Positions 56,106 through 64,000 of a stretch of DNA of 64,000 bases are shown piece by piece. Positions within the stretch are counted from its first letter, which is position 1. Each line of letters opens with the position of its first letter. The DNA is from the human T2T-CHM13v2.0 reference genome, Homo sapiens: NCBI RefSeq assembly GCF_009914755.1, contig NC_060930.1; one strand, 5' to 3'. Position numbers and translations under genes: made by a program. The notes below the pieces were generated by a model. That model was not told the origin of the DNA and did no database searches. It saw only the letters and a list, made by a program, of their open reading frames with translations.

Positions 56106-57968
56106 ATTTACAAATGCTAATTTGTTGCTGTGAGGATACTAGGTGGAATTATTTTAAAAGATATGTGTGTTAGAGCGTCACTACCAGGATATATAAAGAA
56201 ATAAAAAAATCATTCATATCCCTTCTCCTAATTGCCCTCTGCCTTTATATCTACTCCTGGCTAGGTTAGGTGACCTCTGAGAACTGTCCATCAAACTCTG
56301 GATATATCACTATCATGGCAATCAATACAGCTTTGAAATTCTCTGTTAATGGGACTTTATGACACTATTCTCCACTAGATTGTAGGCTTTTAGGGGTAAG
56401 GTTGTGGATTCTTTATTCTTCCTGTTTTAGTACCTATAGTACCACCAAAATACCTAGTTCTGAGTATGTTCTTGAAGCAGGCTTGCTGAAAAAAATTGTA
56501 CCTGCGCATAAGAAGGATGCTTTGTTATTAAATAAACTGATTTAAATACTTTTTTTTTTTCCCCAAAATCAACCATAGGTATATGTGACCACTCAAAACT
56601 GAATAGATAATATGTGATGGAGCTGTGGTATAACTCAGTGATCTTACAGCTACATAGAAAAGATTTTAAAATAGTGAATTGCAAGTACATTTAATTTCCA
56701 CATAATTCCTGATTAACTTTTATATTGACAGTTGGGAAACATTAGAGAAAAACGTTAGTAAAGTTGAAGGAAATATGCTGTTCAGACTCCTTTTACCATT
56801 AACAAAGTAGTTTTTAGGTTTCCTTCTCCACCAGAGGTTGATATTTGGATTTTACTGCTTCTGTTATGGTAACCCCTTTTACTTTTATGCTAGTGCCTCA
56901 AAAGAAAAGTCCTGTTAGTCTTCAGAGTAAATGAGCTTTTCACACAGTAACTGGGCTATGCAGAGGTGTGCTGTGCCGGGAAGTATAGCTAGTGCCAAGC
57001 CACTTCTCTGTTGTAATTATAGGGTCGTTGGGAAGGTTAGTGGACCTTATCCCCTTATGGCAAGCAGCACACATGTGAAGCCTCTCTTGATTTTCAGAAA
57101 ACATCTGGCTCAGTAGTTCTTGGCTCTTCCTTTCAATGTCAAGTTTGACATATTTGCATATGAAACATGTAGATATTTCAGACTAACTCCTATATCCAGA
57201 GGAATAGGGACTTCAATGATACTCAGGAAAAAGGCACATATAGAATTTAAAAATTTCATCTAAAATTTTATGTAATAGTCTTTCTATTGGGTACATTATT
57301 TCCCTCTACAAAGAGAATTTATAAAGCATATTTACTTAATTCAGAATTATAATGTTTGTAGAAACTTTAAATGTGAATTGTTTCATTAAATGTTACTTTT
57401 TCAATTACATTTTCATGAGTCAATCTATAAAGTGGAAAAACATTATGCATTTGATCTTTTTGATTGCATTACTCAATTTTTTTATCTGTTTCTATTGAGG
57501 TAAATGCAAATAAAAACATAGGTTATGAGTGGAGAATTTTGACAAAAATGTCTTATGATGGGGTAATAAATTCCTAACTAACCACAAGGACACTGTGTAT
57601 TAATATGAGAAAGAAAACCAAAATAAATTACTTAGTAATGAAGGAGAAAGAAGACAATAAGACCAATGTTATGAATGGAACTTAGACACTGAAGTTTTCA
57701 GTAATTTATTACAATCTTTAATGTTAGCATTTTGTCAGTAGGCTCTCTTGAATTACTACATTTTTATTTTTAGTGATTATATATATCACAGATGCGTCTC
57801 TAAATTGCAGATATCTTTATATCTCCATAAATGCTCATAAAGACATGACATTTTGAAAATTATCCGAAGGTATCTTTTTCTATAAAATTTTAAAATAATG
57901 AACATGTAATCTTATTGAGTTTTCGTAGGGTTATTAGCAGATTTCACTAATATTATACATATTTTTAA

Positions 57969-58292
<324 letters not shown>

Positions 58293-58309
58293 TAAGAAGT
58301 TATTATTGA

Positions 58310-58560
58310 TAATAGCTGCCATTTATTAAGAGCTTACCCTATGCTACATTTCTTATTAATGTTTTACACACAGCAGATTGTTTTATCCTCATAACAAACC
58401 TGTGAGATTGCTGCTGTTATTCGCATTGCACAAAAGAGGTAACAGGTGTGGGATATGGTAAGCACCTGGCCAAGATCACTTAGCTTGTAAATAGTGAATT
58501 GAGTATTCAAACAGGTCGGTTTAATGCCAAACCTCAGGCTCTTAACCATTCTGCTGTATT
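58310..58560 (-). mobile_element. MIR
   Basis: aatagctgccatttattaagagcttac...atcctcataacaaacctgtgag...ggccaagatcac...gctcttaacca. Confidence 0.85.
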
Positions 58561-59299
58561 TCAGAGACTTCTTAATGGTGATATTTTTAAAAAGATAAAT
58601 AATTTGGTGAATTTGTGGTACTTTACAATGGATTAGAGTAAGTAAAAATATTTATGTCATTGAAGTTTGAATAAATATTTCTATACAATACCTAAATTAT
58701 TTTTACTTCACATCACTGTTTTTTAAAGCTGTTTAAAAAAAACCTCTCTTTTAGGTGTTTCATTCTCTATATATTTAACCCACATTTTTCTACAAAAGGT
58801 AGTTTTAAATGCTTAGAAAGTTGGCTTTGGAATGAATATAGTCTAATATTTGAAAATAATAAAAACTGATTATAATAAACATGTTCATAACATGCACTGT
58901 TAATTATTCTTTCCAGATTTCTACTGACTTTAAATTTTTTGGCTTTTATTGTTAGACCATTCAAGTACCACGAAAATAACAGGTGATAAATTTGACTCTC
59001 AATCAGCGTAAGATCCTGAAGTTTTGTTTATTGCAAAGATAAAGTGAAGATTTATATGGTTTTGTTGTTAAGGGCAATTTTTAAAAAATATCTCTGGGTT
59101 ATTAAACTAGTTCATGGTTTATACAGCTCTCTATTAACTGAGATGTTTTGTTAACTAAACACCTATTATGCACAAAAGAGATGTGAGGCTTATTATTTTG
59201 CTACTTAACCACAGAACTTTCAAATACTTGTGTTACAGTTTAATAAAGTGGGGTTTTCTTTTATTTCTAGATAATACAATCATGTAGCCTTCTTTTCTT

Positions 59300-61165
59300 G
59301 TCCATCCCATTTTTAAATATTTGCTTTTCTAACTCCTACTCATGTTCAGCAACATACGCACCCCTTATTCACAGAAGCCGCTCTATAAGAATAGAAGTCT
59401 CTTAGTTTTTCCCATCTATGACAGAAAATTTCTACTGAGATACTTTCTTTCTTTTTACTAACTTCTCATCTGAGAAGGAATTGTTCCTGTTTTCCTTCAG
59501 CTACCTGTTCATTTAGCACCAATGCCTTCTTTATCTCTCCCTAACATTACACAATCATGCCTATTATTTCACTGCTTATGTATATTCTCTCAGCTTATAA
59601 ATTTGATCAAGATTTCCCTGTTTTAAAATTCCTTCCCTTATTCATTGGCTGAACTGCAGGAAACTTTTGGTTTTCTTAAAGTTACTCTCTCATACCTCAA
59701 CTGCCCTTCGGTAGCAAATTGTAGACACAGTGATCTTCAGTTTTTCTTCTCTAATTACCACCCACTTCTTCCTGAGTCCTTTATTATCTGGCTTCTACCC
59801 ACAGCACTAAAGTGCAATTGTTTTTCTAAAGGTCATTTCTTCCTTCTAAATAGCGAAATCTAGCTTCTTAATCTCTGCTCTCATTCTACTCAACCATGCA
59901 GAAGGCTGTATCATTACTGTCCACTTGAGCTTTCCACATTCAATAAACATTCTTTAGGTGTTGACTAGGTGGTAGGCCTTCGGGTTTAGAAGATGGCTAA
60001 GGCCCGCATATGCCAACCTGGAGTTTCCATTTAAATGGAGGAGACATACACAAAACCAACTACCATACAGGGAGCTGAGTGCTCTAACACAACTGTGTGA
60101 CAAGTAAGACAATGTGGGGCAAAGAGTGGAGAAACTTTCACAGAGGAAGTGGTATTTGAAAGAATTAGCGGAGAGTGAGAACTCTAGGTATATTAAGTTC
60201 CCTTGTACTATACAAGGGAACACAGAATTGGGAACAAGTACAGCGTGTTTTGGAAATAGTGTGGTTATAACACCTGGGAATGTGGTAGGGGTGGGTGTAT
60301 GGTGGGAATTTGGAAATAGTTTAGGGTTGAATTGTCCAGATTTAAAACTTCTTTCCATTGGCTTTGTTCCTCCCCTTTGCTTCTTTTTTTTTTTTTTTCT
60401 ATGTTGACTCCTAGTTTTCAGACAATTTTCTTCAAAAACATTTCTTCTTTCATGTGAAGTCATTCTATGTTCTGTCCCAAGTGATATTGTCTACTTTGTG
60501 TCTTCAACCATTATATTTTGCACATTGCAGTTGTCTAAAATCTTCCTGTCCCTGATGACCTCTCTTTTGAGTGCCAAATGTGATTTTTTTTCTTTTTCTG
60601 TATGTCAATTCACCTCAAACCAGATATGGTAAAAATAAAACAGATCACCGTATATTTATGACTCTTTGCTATTTCTGTATTCTTTATCTCGTTCATTATC
60701 TCCACCTTCCTTTTGGTTACCAAGAGGAGGTATTATACTAATTTTTACTTCCTCTGTCTAGATGACCCCTAACATCCAGTCAGTCATTCTCTTAAAATAC
60801 TTGCTGTGTCTTCTGATCCCTATTTTCATACTCATTTAGTTTATGCCATCACATTTTTGTCAGAATTAGTATTTAAGTATTTTAATGATTATTTCACTAC
60901 CTGCAGCCTCTTCTCCAGTTTTTTTTTATACCAGAGTTAAAATATAGTTTAAGTAAATATAGCTAAGTGTATTTAATAAGTTATAGTCTAAGTTATTTTT
61001 TCAAAATCTTCCATATTATTCAGTTATCTACAGAATAAAATCCAACTTTGACACGGTCCAGGACTGAAACTCTCTATAATCTTGTAACAACCTATCTTTC
61101 CAGTCCTAAAATTCCCCACATAAGTATTCCTACTCTATATGCCTTCAATTCATTGAATGATTAAT
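59300..61165 (+). mobile_element. Long degenerate L2, with an opposite-strand L2 3' piece nested at about 59936-60310
   Basis: tctggcttctacccacagcactaaagtgcaattg...; cacctcaaaccagatatg; cagaataaaatccaact; nested cattcaataaacatt...ggagctgagtgctcta. Confidence 0.6.
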
Positions 61166-62699
61166 TGCAACCTCTCATTTAAATTTTAATGCTCCTTAGG
61201 TTGACCATAGGTATTTAAGTTATTTGGAGATTACAATTATATGTGACAGATTTATTTAACTGTAAGTATCTAAAAGACAGGGACTTCACTATATTTACAA
61301 TCAGCTACTCCCAAGAAGGTTGGGAACATAATGCTTTTCAAATATTTATTATTTAATACCTCCATCCTTAACTGCCTTATAATTTTAATAGCAATGAAAG
61401 AGAAATTCCTTCTTTGTAAATTACACATATTTGTGATTTCCTTGAGTCTCTTTCCCTTTTCCACCAAATAATCAATCTGATTTAGCTGTCACACACACCC
61501 CCACACACCCATATGCTTTGAATACAACTGCTGGTTTTACTTACTTCATAGTTCAGTGTGAAAGGCTCTGCAGTAGATAGATAAATACAAATACAAGTTG
61601 TGGGGTGATATGATGATAGAAGAAAGTCCACAGTTTTTGAGATCCTATAGCAGAGTCAGCTAAATCAGATTGATAATTTGGTAATGGGCAAAGGGTATAT
61701 GGACAAAGCACAAATTCTAGAAGATTTTTCCAACTTGATGAAGCTTCATAGCAGAGGAATAGGTCAGCTGATTCGATGTGATATTAAACAAATGGTTAGG
61801 AATTAGTTTTTAGAGTAGAACTGTAGTCCTTAGAACCCAATACCCCTCTCCAGTATTGCCAACAATAAACAATTTGTGGAAGAGCATCACTCGCCTCCAT
61901 CAGACGAGTGTCAAGAGACTGTGGTAGATTGTTCTAATATTCTAAGTTTATTTTCCTTTACTAGTCTGCAGTGGATTTTATCTTGAAAATATTTTTTATA
62001 ATTTTATAACATATGATAAGAATTGGATTTTATAAATTAACCAATTAATGGGCAATTTTGTAGTTACTTTTATTTGTAGTAAAAATATATTTTAGGTTTT
62101 TAGGGTTAGTGATCTGTGAGTGGCTCTTAAGTATATTCAGTCTTAAAAAAGTTAAAGATCGTGTATTATTGTTTCCAATGCCAGTATAGCATTTTCACCA
62201 TCTTGACAATATTTATTCCAGTCTTGCCATCTTACAACTTGGTTTGGTTATCATTTGGAAGCACATTGTAGATAATTAGAAACTGGACATTTAAAAAAAA
62301 TTGATAATTAAACAACAATATATACTGTTAAAACTGCACACTGATTATTGGCAAATATTTCAGAAGACATAATTTAAGTAATTCAGCTGCTCTAAATTCT
62401 TTAAGGTAACTTGATGCCCTTTGTATCAGTAAATTTTTTTTTCCTTTCAAAGCAAAGAAAAAAAACAAAATCATAAATGGAAAAAATACCTCATGAAATC
62501 TCACTATTTGTCAACTTCATTTTAAATCACATTATTGCTAACAGTTCCAAACTTGCCATTTCTATTCATTTCTCATCATCACTGTGCTAGCAAAAATCCT
62601 ACCACAGTTAATGTTTTGAAGAATATAGACTTGGGAAAATAAATGTAAAAGGCTAATGTCTATGCTAGAGAGAATGAGAGATAAATTAGGCTTGGTTAT

Positions 62700-63730
62700 A
62701 CATGCCTTTATTGGTTATTCATTGAGGACCTCAGCTATGGGCCAGGCACTGGCCTAAGTAATGAGACAAAAGATAGCAAACATAGACCCCAGCAGCAGAT
62801 TTTTTCATATGAAGTTTCAATATATTTAGTGTATTCTTTTGTTAAAGAATATAAAAAAAGTCTCTTAGGAAGCTATGTGTTTGATGTTTGAGATAACTTG
62901 TCCAAAGATGAAGGTCAAGGAAGTTCATTTAAGAAAGGTGACATTCAGCTGGTCTTAGAGCATGTATAGAGTTTGTAATGGGCTTAAAAGGATTCCAGTC
63001 CAAGAAAAATCATGAGGAAATTTACAGAATTGGGAGCTAAAAAAGTAGATCTCATGGAGGCAGAGAATATAATAGTGGTTACCAAAGACTGGGAGGGGAA
63101 GAGAGAAGGGGGGGATGAAAAGAAGTTGGTTAAGGGATATAAAAATACAATTAGATAGAAGGAATAAGTTCCAGTATTTGATTGTATAGTAGGGAAGTTA
63201 TAATTAACAATAATTTATTATAGATTTCAAAATAGCTAGAAAAGAAGAATTATGAGATGATGGATATCCCAATTACTATGATTTGGTCATTACACATTGT
63301 GTATGCATATCAAAATATTACATGCACTCCCAGAATGTGGGCAACTATTATATATCAATAAAAATACAGAAAAAAAAGAGGATACACTGGAGGAAAAATC
63401 TGCTGAACTTGAGGACTAGAAGGGAAATCATTAGGCATGCAAGAGGGAGTAATTGGACTTGGGTGTTTGGAATTTGGGAAGGGGTTATAGAAATATTTCA
63501 CAATATAAGGAATTCAAGACAAAAATATTTTGGACAAAGATTAGAGTTTAATTTTTGGGTCATGTAGTTTCCAGCATGCCTGGGGCACCGAGTGAAGGTG
63601 TCCAGTGGGTAGATAGATATTAAAAATCAGAGAACATTAGATTTATCTGAGCTAGAAAAAATATGTGGGGGTCATCCTTATAAAAGGATGGTTTAAATTA
63701 GTTGTAGTATAGATAGTGGTCAAGAAACAT
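62700..63730 (-). mobile_element. L2 fragments, interrupted by L1MA
   Basis: ttcattgaggacctcagctatgggccaggcactggcctaag; gtgacattcagctggtctt; ggtgtccagtgggtagatagatat. Confidence 0.6.
63028..63378 (+). mobile_element. L1MA 3' end
   Basis: gggagctaaaaaagtagatctcatggagg...ttagatagaaggaataagttc...gatggatatcccaattac...caataaaaa tail. Confidence 0.88.
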
Positions 63731-64000
63731 TACCTTGAATTAGTGGTTATTATCCCCACTAACCTGACAGAACTGCAGAAAACAATGGCAAAGCTTTATG
63801 CCTGTCCTTATTTTAATTTTGGCTCAGTGCATGTCTGTGAAAAGGGGGGAAATCTATTGTATTCTCTCATGCCCCTTCCAAGTTAGCTCTCAGAAATAGT
63901 CAGAAAATAAAATAATTTAGATCTGCTATCATTCCCTAAAAAAAAAACTTTAGGGGAGCTTTTATCCTGATTTTTACTTGACTCATGGTGGCTTATTCTC

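Overview
AT-rich, CpG-depleted primate genomic DNA, almost certainly human because it carries a near-consensus AluYa5. I found no protein-coding exon, CpG island or intact RNA gene that I can support. The long ORFs in the track are L1 ORF2 remnants, and the rest are Alu, microsatellite or chance ORFs. The window is a mosaic of L1, Alu, L2, MIR, LTR and DNA-transposon relics, and may be the intron of a + strand gene. Most notable: (1) a 1.46 kb TSD-flanked, A-tailed chimeric retrocopy at 14728-16187 that appears to be an LTR-promoted, LTR-polyadenylated non-coding transcript (LTR9-like R-U5, antisense L1M, then a MER4 LTR cut at its poly(A) site); (2) two L1PA copies 49.4 kb apart sharing four non-consensus variants, suggesting gene conversion or a common source; (3) tailless retrocopies of the U2 snRNA 5' end and of an unspliced pre-tRNA-Tyr; (4) two twin-primed L1 inversions breaking at nearly the same ORF2 position; (5) an unexplained GC-rich 80 bp tandem duplication. 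Repeat family names come from my recollection of consensus sequences, not a search. Boundaries of ancient repeats are approximate (about +/-50 bp).
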